Made by a program: the position numbers and the translations under genes. A stretch of 64,000 nucleotides of DNA from positions 22,696 through 86,695 of the forward strand of contig JAZRAJ010000036.1 of NCBI GenBank assembly GCA_045634485.1, in the 5' to 3' direction. Under the pieces are notes generated by a model. The model made no database searches. It was not told the DNA's origin and saw only the letters and a program-made list of their open reading frames with translations. Below are positions 46,480-57,438 of the stretch, piece by piece. Source of the DNA: Eubacteriales bacterium (GTDB lineage Bacteria > Bacillota > Clostridia > Oscillospirales > CAG-272). How positions within the stretch are numbered: the first letter of the stretch is position 1; each line of letters opens with the position of its first letter.

Positions 46480-47901
46480 TTATACTATTTTTCCGTAAAG
46501 AGCAAAGGTGTCGCCTCGCTCAATTTCAACGCTCACGAATTTTCCTATATTTTCGGGGCACGGAGCAAAGAAAACTATTTTACCGCCCTCGGTGCGTCCA
46601 AAAAAGATATCGGAGTTATTTTTACTTGCTCCCTCGCAAAGCACTCTAAGAACCTTGCCCTCTGCCCTTTTGTTTTGCTCAAGGCAGATTGAGTTTTGAA
46701 GCACAAGCATTCTGTCAAATCGCTCCTGCTTTACGTCTTGCGGTATCTGCTCCATTTCAGCTGCGGGAGTTCCCTTTCTTGGCGAATACTGGAAGGAGAA
46801 TATCATATCAAAGCGTGCTCTCTCAAGCGCCGCAAGCGTATCCTCAAAATCCTCATCTGTTTCGGTTGGAAAGCCAACGATTATATCCGAGCTTACTGTG
46901 CAATCGGGCATTTTTTCACGGATATAATCAAGAATACCTATATATTTTTCAAAATCGTAATGTCTGTTCATCGCCTTAAGCACCGAGTTGCTTCCCGATT
47001 GCATCGGCAAATGGAAATGTCTTGCCACGTGCTTTGATGCCGCCATAACGTCTATAAGCTTTTTGGAGGCATTCTTTGGATGGCTTGTCATAAAATGAAT
47101 TATATAGTCACCCTCAATTTGGTCGAGCTCGTAAAGCAGGTCGGCAAAATCGTAATCGAAGCTGCTGTCAACTCCGTAAGAGTTTACATTTTGACCAAGA
47201 AGCGTTATATCCTTGTAGCCCTCGGCAACGAGTGCCTTTACCTCGGCAACGACGTCCTCACGTCTACGGCTTCTCTCACGTCCTCTAACGTAGGGCACTA
47301 TACAGTATGAGCAAAAGTTATTGCATCCATACATAATCGAAACCCACGCCTTGAAATTGCTTTCACGGCAGACGGGCAAGCCCTCGGCATAATTATATAT
47401 CTTATCATCGGGGTCAAAAATTCTCTTGCTTCCGCTCATACGGTTAAAGATATGCTCGGGCATCTTATGAATAAGCGACGGACCGAATAAAATATCCACG
47501 TAAGGATATCTACGCTTGATATCGTCAACACGATGCTCCTGAACAACCATACATCCGCATATAACGATTATAAGCTCGGGATTTTTTGCTTTTATGTGCT
47601 TATATTGACCAACAAGCGAAAGCGCACGCTTTTCGGCATGCTCACGAATGGCGCAGGTATTTACGATAATAAGCGAGGCATCGTCGGGCGTATCGGTCTT
47701 TTCGTACCCCATCTCGATAGCCATACCCATCATTCTCTCGCTATCCGCCTCGTTTTGCTGACATCCAAGCGTTAAGACAAAGGCACGGCGAGCCTTACCG
47801 CTCTCGATTTTAAACTGATTGTTAATCGAGCAAACACGGCGCATATATTCTCTTTGCTTTTCGGTATCAAGGCTTGAAATTGCCTTTGACATCTCTGACA
47901 T
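46480..47901 (-). CDS. miaB: tRNA-2-methylthio-N6-dimethylallyladenosine synthase (radical SAM methylthiotransferase)
   Basis: The N-terminal cluster Cys residues are in TLGCQQN...NTCAIRE...CGC. The radical SAM motif is CNNFCSYCIVP. A C-terminal TRAM domain is present. Confidence 0.9.
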   Translation of the reverse strand: MSEMSKAISSLDTEKQREYMRRVCSINNQFKIESGKARRAFVLTLGCQQNEADSERMMGMAIEMGYEKTDTPDDASLIIVNTCAIREHAEKRALSLVGQYKHIKAKNPELIIVICGCMVVQEHRVDDIKRRYPYVDILFGPSLIHKMPEHIFNRMSGSKRIFDPDDKIYNYAEGLPVCRESNFKAWVSIMYGCNNFCSYCIVPYVRGRERSRRREDVVAEVKALVAEGYKDITLLGQNVNSYGVDSSFDYDFADLLYELDQIEGDYIIHFMTSHPKNASKKLIDVMAASKHVARHFHLPMQSGSNSVLKAMNRHYDFEKYIGILDYIREKMPDCTVSSDIIVGFPTETDEDFEDTLAALERARFDMIFSFQYSPRKGTPAAEMEQIPQDVKQERFDRMLVLQNSICLEQNKRAEGKVLRVLCEGASKNNSDIFFGRTEGGKIVFFAPCPENIGKFVSVEIERGDTFALYGKIV

Positions 47902-48131
47902 AAAGTAAATTTACCTTTCATTTTTTAGTTTGAATTTCGTTTAAATTTAATCTACCCTTAAGCGAAATTTTCAATAAAAACATAATTAGGCATTATATCC
48001 TATTATAAAGAATATTATAATATATTTATAGAGTTTTGTCAAGATTTTACGCATCGAAAAAGGTAAAAACAGCTTAAAATTTAAAAAATAAAAGGACGGA
48101 TTTTTTGTATCCGTCCTCATTATCGTTATTA

Positions 48132-48839
48132 TTAGTCCAAATAAAACTCCCGCATATCGTCAAGGCGCAAAATGGCGGGAGAGCAGCCGTGCCCCGAGCC
48201 TACGTCAATATCTATCCACGTATCGGTTTTAAGTATTCTTCCCCTATGCTCCTCGCCGTAAAAGTAGGTTGGAGTGTGACCTATAACCGTCATAAAATCG
48301 TGGGAATATTCGGTGTTGATGCGTGGGCGAATCCAAAGCAAATCGTCCTTAGTGCTTTCCGAAAGCCTACGGAATTTACCGCAAGCGTCAAGCGCAAGTC
48401 CTGCGTGAACAAGCAAAAAATCCTCGCCGTTAACAACAACGCTGTCGTAATACGGCGTTTCCTCTATAAGCTCCAAAATCATTTTTCGCATCTCGGGCGT
48501 TTCCTTACTTAATCCCTTTATGGTTGCATCTCCGCCATTCATCTGCCAATTTCTAAGCATTCTAAGCTTATCGGCGTTAAAATCATTTATCGTTTCATCG
48601 GTTATCTCATCAAACAAAAATGAGCAAGAAAGCAGCATCTGCTCGTGATTTCCACGTATAAGCTTGATATTCGGCTCAAACATAATCATCTTTATAAGCT
48701 CAACGCCATGCTCGCCTCGGTCGATAATATCCCCAAGAACAAACAAAAAATCCTCGTCCGAGAACTCAATTTTTTCCAAAAGAGCCTTAATTTGCTTGGG
48801 CTCTGCACCGTGCCAATCGGAAGAAACGTAAATCATCAA
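48132..48839 (-). CDS. Metallophosphoesterase (Ser/Thr phosphatase / ApaH-PrpE-like)
   Basis: Motifs are SDWHG, GDIIDRG, GNHE and GHT. Confidence 0.75.
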   Translation of the reverse strand: MMIYVSSDWHGAEPKQIKALLEKIEFSDEDFLFVLGDIIDRGEHGVELIKMIMFEPNIKLIRGNHEQMLLSCSFLFDEITDETINDFNADKLRMLRNWQMNGGDATIKGLSKETPEMRKMILELIEETPYYDSVVVNGEDFLLVHAGLALDACGKFRRLSESTKDDLLWIRPRINTEYSHDFMTVIGHTPTYFYGEEHRGRILKTDTWIDIDVGSGHGCSPAILRLDDMREFYLD

Positions 48840-48983
48840 ACCACCCCTTTTTAATATTCGCTATATATATTTAATACCACAAAATAGGAAAAAAATCAAG
48901 ATATACAACTAAAATTAAGCAAAAAAATACCGCTCACTGCCGTTTTTGGTGACAGTAAGCGGTAAATTTTATTTATTATTTAA

Positions 48984-51629
48984 TTAGCCAAGCTTTGCGA
49001 GTGCCGCAACAACGCCGTCAAGATTTTCACGGTATTTTGCAAGCTTTGCCTTCTCTCCGTCAACAACCGCCGCAGGAGCCTTAGCCACGAAGCCCTCGTT
49101 GGAAAGCTTCTTCTCTATTCTCTCAATCTCGCCAATAAGCTTCTTCTGCTCTGCCTCAAGGCGTGCTCTTTCCTTTTCGGTATCAACGATATCCGCAATA
49201 GGAAGGAACAAGGTTGCCGAGTCGGTTACGATTCTAATTGCATCGTCTGCCGAAAGAACATCGTCAAAGCTCTCGCCAATCTCAACCTCGGATGCCGATG
49301 CAAGGCGGGTGAAGAATACTGCGGTGCTATCATTAAAGGAATCTGCGTACTTCGTTGCAATATATACCTTTGCCTTACGAGAGGGTACTACGTTCATCTC
49401 GTTTCTTCTTGCACGGATTGCCTTGATAGCCGTAATAACTCTGTTCATCTTCTCTGCATCTGCCTCGAATACGAACGCCGAGTCGAATGCGGGATACTTA
49501 GAAATCATTATGCTCTCGTCAACGTGAGGAAGCGCCTGATAAATCTCCTCCGTAATAAAGGGCATAAAGGGATGCAAAAGCTTAAGTATGCCCGTAAGAA
49601 CGTAAGCAAGAACGTTTTGAGCAACGATATTGCCCTCGCTCTCCTTATCGTTAAGGCGAGCCTTGCAAAGCTCAATGTACCAGTCACAGAATACGTCCCA
49701 GGTAAAGTCATAAATCTCGGAAAGCGCAATACCTACCTCGTACTTATCAAGCGACTCGGTTACCGATGCCGCAAGCTTATTAAACTCGTTGAGTATCCAC
49801 TTATCCTCGCTTGCAAGCTTATCCGCTTCGGGAAGGTTGATTTCATCAATGGTAAGATTCATACGAACGAAGCGAGATGCGTTCCAAAGCTTGTTTGCAA
49901 AGTTTCTTGCCGCCTCAATCTTCTCGTCCGAGAATCTCATATCATTTCCGGGGCTATTACCGGTTGCAAGAGCGTAACGGAGTGCGTCTGCGCCGTACTT
50001 CTCGATAATTTCAAGCGGATCTATTCCGTTACCGAGCGACTTAGACATCTTTCTGCCCTGCGAGTCACGAACAAGACCGTGAATAAATACGGTGTTAAAG
50101 GGCTCCTTACCCATATGCTCAAGTCCCGAGAATATCATTCTCGCAACCCAGAAGAAGATTATATCGTAGCCCGTAACGAGTGCGCTCGTGGGATAATACT
50201 TTTGAAGCTCTGCGGTGTTCTCGGGCCATCCCATTGTTGAGAAGGGCCAAAGAGCCGAGGAGAACCATGTATCAAGAACGTCATTTTCCTGACGAACCGA
50301 GCCGCCACACTTAGGACATACGGTGATATCCTCCTTAGAAACCGTCATCTCGCCGCACTTATCGCAATAGAATGCGGGAATACGGTGACCCCACCAAAGC
50401 TGACGGGAGATACACCAATCGTGCACGTTTTCCATCCAGTTGGTATAGGTCTTGCTAAAGCGCTCGGGAACGAACTTAACGGTTCCATTCTTAACAACCT
50501 CAAGAGCAGGCTCTGCAAGAGGCTCCATCTTAACGAACCACTGATTTGAGGTTATAGGCTCAACGGTGGTCTTGCAACGGTAGCAGGAGCCAACGTTGTG
50601 CTTGTGAGGAACCGTCTTTATAAGCAAGCCCTCTGCATCAAGGTCGGCAATAAGAGCCTTACGGCACTCATATCTATCCATACCCTCGTACTTGCCCGCA
50701 AATGCGTTCATAGACGCATCGTCATTCATAACCTTAATCTGCTCAAGGCCGTGACGCTGACCTACGAGGAAGTCGTTGGGGTCATGCGCAGGAGTAATCT
50801 TTACGCATCCCGTACCAAAGCCTATTTCAACGTAATCGTCGGCTACAACGGGAATTTCTCTGCCAACTATCGGCAAAATAAGAGTTTTACCGATAAGGTG
50901 CTTGGTTGCCTCATCGTTGGGGTTAACCGCAACGGCGGTATCTCCAAACATAGTTTCGGGACGTGTGGTTGCTATCTCAACGTAGCCGTCCTCGCCCTTT
51001 ATGGGGTACTTGATGTGCCAGAAGAAGCCATCCTGCTCGGAGTAATCTACCTCTGCGTCGGAAAGCGCGGTGATGCAGTGAGGACACCAGTTGATTATTC
51101 TGTTTCCTCTATATATAAGTCCCTTATCGTAAAGGTTAACAAAAACCTCTCTAACCGCCTTAGAGCATCCCTCGTCCATTGTAAAGCGCTCTCTTGTCCA
51201 GTCGCAGGATGCGCCAAGCTTTTTAAGCTGACTTATAATACGGTTGCCGTACTGATTTTTCCAATCCCATACACGCTCCAAGAACTTCTCACGTCCAAGG
51301 TCGTATCTTGTAAGTCCCTCGTTTACACGAAGCTGCTCCTCAACCTTTATCTGCGTTGCAATACCCGCATGGTCGGTGCCGGGAACCCAAAGGGTGTTAA
51401 AGCCCTGCATTCTCTTGTAACGAACGAGAATATCCTGCAAGGTTTCGTCAAGAGCGTGACCCATATGAAGCTGACCGGTTACGTTTGGGGGCGGAATAAC
51501 TATTGAAAAAGCAGGTGCGGGATTATTTACGTCGGGGGTAAAATAGCCCTTATCACACCAGTTTTTATATATTCTCTCCTCAAACTCCGAGGGAGAATAT
51601 ACCTTTGGCAATTCATTGTAAGAATTCAT
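48984..51629 (-). CDS. valS: Valine--tRNA ligase
   Basis: The HIGH region is [14 protein letters not shown] and the KMSKS motif is present. A C-terminal coiled coil is also present. Confidence 0.97.
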   Translation of the reverse strand: MNSYNELPKVYSPSEFEERIYKNWCDKGYFTPDVNNPAPAFSIVIPPPNVTGQLHMGHALDETLQDILVRYKRMQGFNTLWVPGTDHAGIATQIKVEEQLRVNEGLTRYDLGREKFLERVWDWKNQYGNRIISQLKKLGASCDWTRERFTMDEGCSKAVREVFVNLYDKGLIYRGNRIINWCPHCITALSDAEVDYSEQDGFFWHIKYPIKGEDGYVEIATTRPETMFGDTAVAVNPNDEATKHLIGKTLILPIVGREIPVVADDYVEIGFGTGCVKITPAHDPNDFLVGQRHGLEQIKVMNDDASMNAFAGKYEGMDRYECRKALIADLDAEGLLIKTVPHKHNVGSCYRCKTTVEPITSNQWFVKMEPLAEPALEVVKNGTVKFVPERFSKTYTNWMENVHDWCISRQLWWGHRIPAFYCDKCGEMTVSKEDITVCPKCGGSVRQENDVLDTWFSSALWPFSTMGWPENTAELQKYYPTSALVTGYDIIFFWVARMIFSGLEHMGKEPFNTVFIHGLVRDSQGRKMSKSLGNGIDPLEIIEKYGADALRYALATGNSPGNDMRFSDEKIEAARNFANKLWNASRFVRMNLTIDEINLPEADKLASEDKWILNEFNKLAASVTESLDKYEVGIALSEIYDFTWDVFCDWYIELCKARLNDKESEGNIVAQNVLAYVLTGILKLLHPFMPFITEEIYQALPHVDESIMISKYPAFDSAFVFEADAEKMNRVITAIKAIRARRNEMNVVPSRKAKVYIATKYADSFNDSTAVFFTRLASASEVEIGESFDDVLSADDAIRIVTDSATLFLPIADIVDTEKERARLEAEQKKLIGEIERIEKKLSNEGFVAKAPAAVVDGEKAKLAKYRENLDGVVAALAKLG

Positions 51630-51671
51630 TTCTTATCCTCCGTTTTATATAATACAAAAAATTAAAATCAA

Positions 51672-51885
51672 AATAAAAAAGCCCACACCCTAATATCAGG
51701 GCGTGAGTACGCGGTACCACCTGATTTACCGCAAAATGCGGCATCTCTTATGCCTTTAACGCAGAGCATACGTTATGCGCTACTACCCTTCACGCATACC
51801 ACTCCAAGACTACTTCGATAAAGCTTGACACGAACTCGCACCAACCGTTCGCTCTCTGTGCTCTTACTCTTCTCTACTACTTCTT
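51672..51885 (-). promoter_or_regulatory. T-box leader (tRNA-Val sensing) of valS
   Basis: The minus-strand T-box sequence AATCAGGTGGTACCGCG lies at 51710-51726. It is followed by a terminator hairpin CACGCCCTG/AGGGTGTG and a T-run (51672-51708). Stem I begins with AGAGA.. elements. The candidate specifier is GAA-GUA-G (GUA = Val) at 51811-51813. Confidence 0.85.
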
Positions 51886-51912
51886 TTCACAGTGTTTATA
51901 TCTAACTGATTT

Positions 51913-51941
51913 ATTATAACACGGTTATCGAATATTGTCAA
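51913..51941 (-). promoter_or_regulatory. Sigma-A promoter of the valS T-box leader
   Basis: The minus strand reads TTGACA (51936-51941), a 17-nt spacer, then TATAAT (51913-51918). Confidence 0.75.
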
Positions 51942-51949
51942 GTGCGAAC

Positions 51950-51989
51950 TCAAAAAAAGATTGCCGCAAGTTAAAAACTGCGGCAATCT
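51950..51989 (-). terminator. Rho-independent terminator of the zinc-ribbon/PA-rich membrane protein gene
   Basis: AGATTGCCGCA / TGCGGCAATCT form a hairpin (51958-51989), with a T-run on the minus strand. Confidence 0.75.
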
Positions 51990-52006
51990 AAAATATTTTT
52001 TATTAA

Positions 52007-54037
52007 TTAAGCGTTTTCAGCAGGAGCCTCTGCCTCTTCAGCAGGTGCTTCATCCTCTGCTGCGGGAGCCTCTTCCTCAGCTACGGGAGCCTCTTCCTCT
52101 GCTGCGGGAGCCTCTTCCTCTGCTACGGGAGCCTCTTCCTCAGCTACGAGAGCTTCTTCCTCAGCTGCGGGAGCTTCCTCAACTACGGGTGCCTCTTCCT
52201 CAACTGCGGGTGCTTCCTCAACTGCGGGTGCTTCCTCAACTACGGGTGCTTCCTCAACTACAGGTGCTTCCTCAACTACGGGTGCTTCCTCAACTACAGG
52301 TGCTTCCTCAACTACGGGAGCTGCCTCAACTACGGGTGCTTCCTCAACTACGGGAGCTTCCTCAACTACAGGAGCTGCCTCAACTACAGGCACAACAACG
52401 GGTGCGGGAGCAGGCGCAGGAGCGGGCGCAGGCGCAGGTGCAGGTGCAGGTGCAGGTGCAGGTGCAGGTGCAGGTGCAGGAGCAGGAGCAGGTGCAGGAG
52501 CGGGTGCAGGTGCAGGAGCGGGTGCAGGTGCAGGTGCGGGTGCGTATACAGGCTCAGCTACAGGAGCAGGCTGTGCATACTGGGGCTGTGCATACTGAGG
52601 CTGTGCTACGGGAGCAGGAGCGGGTGCAGCGTATACGGGAGCCACGGGTGCTACGGGAGCAACCTGAGGAACAACGTAAGGATTCATAAGGGGTGTAGTG
52701 GTAATAATAGTGGGATTCTGATTTCCGTTAGAATTGTTATTATTAGCGCTTGCGCCCATCATCTGCTGCATAACTACCTGCTGTAAGAACTTCATCTGCT
52801 CTTCAACGATAGCGTACTTCTCAATGATTTCTGCCTTTACCTTCTGGTCCTCGTCTGCAAGAGCCTTTGCCTCTTCCTTCAATGCGTTAAGCGCACTCCA
52901 GAATTCCATATTTGCTCTGTGCTCCTCAGACAATATCTCTGCAACGAATGCACGCATTTCTTCTCTTGCGGCATACTCGTTGTCCTTTCTTGAGTTCTCG
53001 AGAGCGGTTCTCTCCTCTGCCTTTGCAGCAGCGGCAGCAACCTCTGCCTCCTTAGCCTCCTTTTCCTTCTGGAACTTCTGATCTCTTACAGCGTCAGCAA
53101 GTCTGTCAAGCTCAGCAAGCTCGCCTGCGATTATCTCATTGTTAGCAATAAGCTCCTTCTGAGTTGTGGAGAGCCACTTAGCAGAAAGGATGAGGTAGAT
53201 ACCAACTACGAGTCCGGAAAGACCTGTGGTAAGAGATGCGGTGATAATAAGACCGGAAAGCTTTGCGATTATAGGAAGTGTTGTAGCCAAAAGTGCTACG
53301 AGAGTTCCAACGAATGCAGGTGCAACCATAAACAATACTGCAAAGAATATTGTAAAGCCACCGATTACGTAGGAAAGGTTGAATATGCTCTTCTTAACGG
53401 GAGCGTACTCACCGGTTGTAACTGCCTTAGACATATTAACGAACGCTCTGCGTCTTGCGCCGTAAACTGCCTTAAAGAGCGAGAATACAACAACTACCAA
53501 TGCAGAACCAACGATTATCAAAATAGCCGAAACAACATCAACGTATAAGAAGATATCTTCCATAGTTGCGGCAGGATCGTTCCACCAATTAAGAATAGAG
53601 GTAGCGATCATTGCGATAGCGCCAACGGAGCCAACAACGATCATAGTAATAGCAATTATCTGATAAAATACCTTTGTGCAAGCATCGTAAAGTGAAAACT
53701 TCTTGAGCGACTTTGCTACGTCAACCTCAGGCTTCTGCGAATAAAGCTTGTAGCCCGAAACCATTGCTATTCCCATAAAGATTGCAGGAATAAGACCCAA
53801 AAGAATACCTGCTACGGTAGAAACCATAGAAGCTATCTGCATAACGAGCATTATCGTTAAGAAGATGGTAGTAGCCAAAAATACAGGCGTATGTACTCTC
53901 TTTTTAACGATGGCCTTGTTAGCCTCATAAGCTGCGCTTATTTTTGCCTTCTGTGCGTTAGATGCAATCTGCTCGCCGCACTCAGGACAGGTTAGCATCC
54001 CGTCTTCAACGGGTACTGAACACTTTGGACAATTCAT
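52007..54037 (-). CDS. Zinc-ribbon, polytopic membrane, coiled-coil protein with a long Pro/Ala/Glu/Val low-complexity C-terminus (676 aa)
   Basis: The N-terminus is [19 protein letters not shown]. It has about 6-8 TM helices and a coiled-coil region ([19 protein letters not shown]...). These are followed by (PA)n and then EEAPVV / EEEAPAA repeats. Confidence 0.7.
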   Translation of the reverse strand: MNCPKCSVPVEDGMLTCPECGEQIASNAQKAKISAAYEANKAIVKKRVHTPVFLATTIFLTIMLVMQIASMVSTVAGILLGLIPAIFMGIAMVSGYKLYSQKPEVDVAKSLKKFSLYDACTKVFYQIIAITMIVVGSVGAIAMIATSILNWWNDPAATMEDIFLYVDVVSAILIIVGSALVVVVFSLFKAVYGARRRAFVNMSKAVTTGEYAPVKKSIFNLSYVIGGFTIFFAVLFMVAPAFVGTLVALLATTLPIIAKLSGLIITASLTTGLSGLVVGIYLILSAKWLSTTQKELIANNEIIAGELAELDRLADAVRDQKFQKEKEAKEAEVAAAAAKAEERTALENSRKDNEYAAREEMRAFVAEILSEEHRANMEFWSALNALKEEAKALADEDQKVKAEIIEKYAIVEEQMKFLQQVVMQQMMGASANNNNSNGNQNPTIITTTPLMNPYVVPQVAPVAPVAPVYAAPAPAPVAQPQYAQPQYAQPAPVAEPVYAPAPAPAPAPAPAPAPAPAPAPAPAPAPAPAPAPAPAPAPAPAPAPAPVVVPVVEAAPVVEEAPVVEEAPVVEAAPVVEEAPVVEEAPVVEEAPVVEEAPVVEEAPAVEEAPAVEEEAPVVEEAPAAEEEALVAEEEAPVAEEEAPAAEEEAPVAEEEAPAAEDEAPAEEAEAPAENA
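52030..52545. repeat. Coding tandem repeats: 21-bp units (~52060-52180), 18-bp units (~52185-52385), 6-bp GCAGGT units (~52395-52545)
   Basis: These are directly visible as CTTCCTCAACTACGGGTG iterated about 11 times and GCAGGTGCAGGT... runs. Confidence 0.85.
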
Positions 54038-54216
54038 AAAACGTATTCTCCTTTGAATATAAATTTAGATATGACAATTATACACCAAATGGGCTTTTTT
54101 TGTCAATAGATTTAACAAAAAATCTACATTTAACAACAAAAGAGATTGCGCAAATTGGGTAATTTTACCAAATGCGCAACCTCTTTTTAAGCATTTTAAC
54201 AATTTTGTATTTATTT

Positions 54217-56625
54217 TTAATTAAGCTTTTTTAATCTTGCAAAATTTCCCATAAGCTTTTTCGTGCCAACTCGCTCAAAAACAACCTCGTAAAGCACGTC
54301 GTTTCCCATAGGTCTTGCCGAAAAAATCTCGCCCTCTCCAAAGGTTGCGTGTCGCACTCTGTCGCCAACGCTAAGAAGGTCGGGCTTACCCTCGCTTGCC
54401 CTTGGCTGAGTATGCTCCGAGAAGTAGACCTTAGTTCCGTAGGAGGGTGCTTGCGCTTGACCTCTGTAGCCTACGCCGTATGCGCCGTACTGTGCGCCCG
54501 GTCGCTTCTCCTCCTTAATAAGCTCCTTAGGAATTTCCTTAACAAAGCGAGAAAGCTCATTTACGCCTGTCTTGCCGTAAAGCATACGCATTTTCGTGTG
54601 TACTATGTAAAGCCTATCCTTGGCTCTCGTAACCGCAACGTAGGCAAGGCGTCGCTCCTCCTCCATCTCGCCGCTGCTCTCAGAGCCGAATAATACCTGC
54701 GAGCTTGGGAAAACGCTTTCCTCCATTCCGGGGAGAAATACCACGGGAAATTCAAGTCCCTTTGCAGAATGCATAGTCATCATAACCACCGCATCCGCCT
54801 CGGTATCGTATCCGTCAACGTCGGCTACGAGCGCATTTTCCTCAAGAAAGCCTATCAGCGTGGGGTTTTCGGTGTTATCCTCGTACTCCCCTATTCCCGA
54901 GATAAACTCGGCAATATTTTCGAGCCGCTCCTTTTCCTCCTCGCCACCGTCAATAAGCATCTGCCTATATCCGCTTTTGTCAACCACGGTATCAACGAAT
55001 TTCTCAACCGTGATATCCTCGTACATAAGATTTCTAAAATAGGAAATAAGGTCGGCAAACGCCTTAAGCTTTAGTGCACTTCTTGAAAGAGCAACGTATT
55101 CGTCGGCGTGCTTTAGCACCTCAAAAACCGAAATCGAATTTTCGTTTGCAATAGCGCAAACGCCCTCAACGGTCTTTAAGCCTATTCCTCGCCTTGGCTC
55201 GTTGATTATTCTCTTCATTCGCTCGACGTCGGTGGGGTTTACTATAAACTGAAGATACGCCACCACGTCACGAATTTCCTTGCGGTCGTTAAAGCGCAAG
55301 CCACCGTACATTCTGTAGGGAACTCCGCTTTTTGCAAAGGTTCGCTCTATAACGTTTGACTGTGCGTTTGCGCGGTAAAGTATTGCTATATCGGAATACT
55401 TATACTTACCCTCGGCAACGAGCGACTGTACCCTTTCAACTATATATCTCGCCTCGTAGTTTTGGTCGTCGCAGCAGCGAAGCGTTATGCTCTCGCCTCC
55501 CCTGCGTGCCGTCCAAAGATTTTTTTCCTTCCTATGAACGTTATTTTTGATAATTGCATTAGCCGCATCAAGAATAACGCTTGTGGAGCGGTAGTTTTGC
55601 TCGAGCTTTATAATTTTAGTATTCTTAAATCTCTTGTCAAAGCCAAGGATATTTTCGATAACCGCACCTCTGAATTTATAAATGCTCTGGTTATCGTCGC
55701 CAACCGCCATTATATTTTTATGTCCTCCCGACAAAAGCGAGATAAGCTCAAACTGTGCAAGGTTAGTATCCTGAAACTCGTCAACCGAAACGTAGCGGAA
55801 CTTATTTTGATAATACTCCCTTACGTCCTCGTTTTGACGGAGCAAAAGCACGGTTTGCATAATAATATCGTCAAAGTCAAGGGCGTTTGCCTGCATAAGC
55901 TGCTTTTGATATTCAACGTATATTTTTGCTATCTTCTTTTTGCGAATATCGTCAACCGCAAATTCAAGCTCGTAATCTCTTGGGGATATAAGCTTATCCT
56001 TTGCCTTGCTTATTTCGGATGCAACCACCTTTGCCGAAAGCATCTTTTCATCGATATTAAGCGTTTTCATTACCGCCGAAACAGCTTTTTTGGTGTCATC
56101 CGCATCGTATATCGTAAAATTATCACGGTAGCCCAAGAGCCCACCGTAGGTGCGGAGTATTCTAACGCATATCGAATGGAAGGTTCCCGCCCAAACGTTT
56201 TTTGCCGCATCCTCACTACCAAGAGCCTCGGCAAGCCTTTTCTTTATTTCCTTTGCCGCCTTATTGGTAAAGGTAAAGGCAAGCATCTGCCACGGTAGGC
56301 AAGGAGCTGACACAAACTCGTTTAGGTATGGCTCAAGCGCCTCGCCCTCAAGCGCAAGTGCGCTCTTAAGCTGAGCAAGCCTGCTTGCGTCTATATCGTA
56401 CGGAACGTAATTACTGTAATATGCGTTTCCGTACTTAACTATAAAAACTATTCGGTTAACGAGAACGGTGGTCTTTCCGCTTCCTGCGCCCGCAAGAATA
56501 AGAACCGAGCCCTCGGTGGTGTAAACCGCCTCCCTCTGCTCGTTATTTAAAAACGAATAATATTTATCAAACAAGCGTCTTTTTATGCGAAGATATTCCT
56601 CGCCAAGACTATTTTTTTCAGTCAT
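54217..56625 (-). CDS. pcrA: ATP-dependent DNA helicase PcrA (UvrD/Rep superfamily 1)
   Basis: Motifs are LNNEQREAV, AGAGSGKTTVL, VDEFQDTN, LEQNYRS, MTMHSAKGLEF and VAVTRAK. Confidence 0.92.
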   Translation of the reverse strand: MTEKNSLGEEYLRIKRRLFDKYYSFLNNEQREAVYTTEGSVLILAGAGSGKTTVLVNRIVFIVKYGNAYYSNYVPYDIDASRLAQLKSALALEGEALEPYLNEFVSAPCLPWQMLAFTFTNKAAKEIKKRLAEALGSEDAAKNVWAGTFHSICVRILRTYGGLLGYRDNFTIYDADDTKKAVSAVMKTLNIDEKMLSAKVVASEISKAKDKLISPRDYELEFAVDDIRKKKIAKIYVEYQKQLMQANALDFDDIIMQTVLLLRQNEDVREYYQNKFRYVSVDEFQDTNLAQFELISLLSGGHKNIMAVGDDNQSIYKFRGAVIENILGFDKRFKNTKIIKLEQNYRSTSVILDAANAIIKNNVHRKEKNLWTARRGGESITLRCCDDQNYEARYIVERVQSLVAEGKYKYSDIAILYRANAQSNVIERTFAKSGVPYRMYGGLRFNDRKEIRDVVAYLQFIVNPTDVERMKRIINEPRRGIGLKTVEGVCAIANENSISVFEVLKHADEYVALSRSALKLKAFADLISYFRNLMYEDITVEKFVDTVVDKSGYRQMLIDGGEEEKERLENIAEFISGIGEYEDNTENPTLIGFLEENALVADVDGYDTEADAVVMMTMHSAKGLEFPVVFLPGMEESVFPSSQVLFGSESSGEMEEERRLAYVAVTRAKDRLYIVHTKMRMLYGKTGVNELSRFVKEIPKELIKEEKRPGAQYGAYGVGYRGQAQAPSYGTKVYFSEHTQPRASEGKPDLLSVGDRVRHATFGEGEIFSARPMGNDVLYEVVFERVGTKKLMGNFARLKKLN

Positions 56626-56655
56626 CTGTTTATTTTCCTTATTAATTATTTATCC

Positions 56656-57426
56656 TTAATTATCACTATCATCGTTATTATCACTGTTATCCCTGTTATC
56701 GCCGTTGTTAAAAAGGCGTCTTATACGTTCTCTCGCCTCGGAGTCGATGTCCTCTGCCTCTTCCGTAATAGACTCATCGTAGGAGTCCTCGACCTCGCTT
56801 ACCTCGATAGCGACATCCTTTTTAAAGGTATCGGCGTCAAGCTCTCTTTCCATAGGAGCGCAAATAACCGAAAGAACGCAGGAGGCAATCAAAAGCGTGC
56901 CACCTACTATTAAAGAATCGGGCGCTTCAAGCACCGCCGTAACCATTTGTGAATAGGTAAAGGCGTATATCGGCTTCATTAGATACGGCAACGCCGTTAT
57001 CGAAAGTCCAAGCGCTGAAAGCACGCAAAGCACTATTCTGTTTGGAATAAACGCTATAAGCGTGCGACGGCTCGCCTCGGCGCTCTCCTCGTCATCACTT
57101 AAAAAGCATCTAAACGCAACGATTGCCGTCCATATGCTAACGCAAATCGAAAATATAAGCAAAATCACGAGCGCTATTATCAAGGCAAAAAGCGTTTTTG
57201 AAAAGATGATTGCCGCATCGGTTGCCTCCGCCGTGCCAAACAAAACGCCTCTCGCCTGCTCCCAAGAGTTTGAGATTAGCGTTGATAGGCTCATACGCTC
57301 CCCTACCGTGCCCGAAAAAACGAATCTAAAGCAGGGCACGAAAAACATTATGATTATAGCGACGTATGCAAATATTGGAAGAAGATAACGCAGATATATC
57401 AAATATTTTTTAGTATTGCTTTTCAT
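56656..57426 (-). CDS. Hypothetical polytopic membrane protein with an acidic Asp/Asn-rich C-terminal tail
   Basis: It has about 5 TM helices. The tail is ...EAEDIDSEARERIRRLFNNGDNRDNSDNNDDSDN. Confidence 0.55.
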   Translation of the reverse strand: MKSNTKKYLIYLRYLLPIFAYVAIIIMFFVPCFRFVFSGTVGERMSLSTLISNSWEQARGVLFGTAEATDAAIIFSKTLFALIIALVILLIFSICVSIWTAIVAFRCFLSDDEESAEASRRTLIAFIPNRIVLCVLSALGLSITALPYLMKPIYAFTYSQMVTAVLEAPDSLIVGGTLLIASCVLSVICAPMERELDADTFKKDVAIEVSEVEDSYDESITEEAEDIDSEARERIRRLFNNGDNRDNSDNNDDSDN

Positions 57427-57438
57427 ATATCAATTTTT

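Noticed and set aside
49524-51506. Plus-strand ORFs of 238 aa and 302 aa
   Set aside because: They are antisense to valS and are shadow ORFs.
52030-52545. Tandem repeats as a possible CRISPR array
   Set aside because: The units are 6-21 bp and contiguous with no spacers. They are in frame within a long ORF, so they are coding low-complexity repeats.
51961-52689. 242-aa plus-strand ORF with LPQLRE/VQVQ repeats
   Set aside because: It is the antisense reading of the tandem-repeat region of the 676-aa minus-strand gene. It begins inside that gene's terminator and has no RBS. It is a low-complexity artefact.
55462-56298. 278-aa plus-strand ORF
   Set aside because: It is antisense to pcrA and is a shadow ORF.
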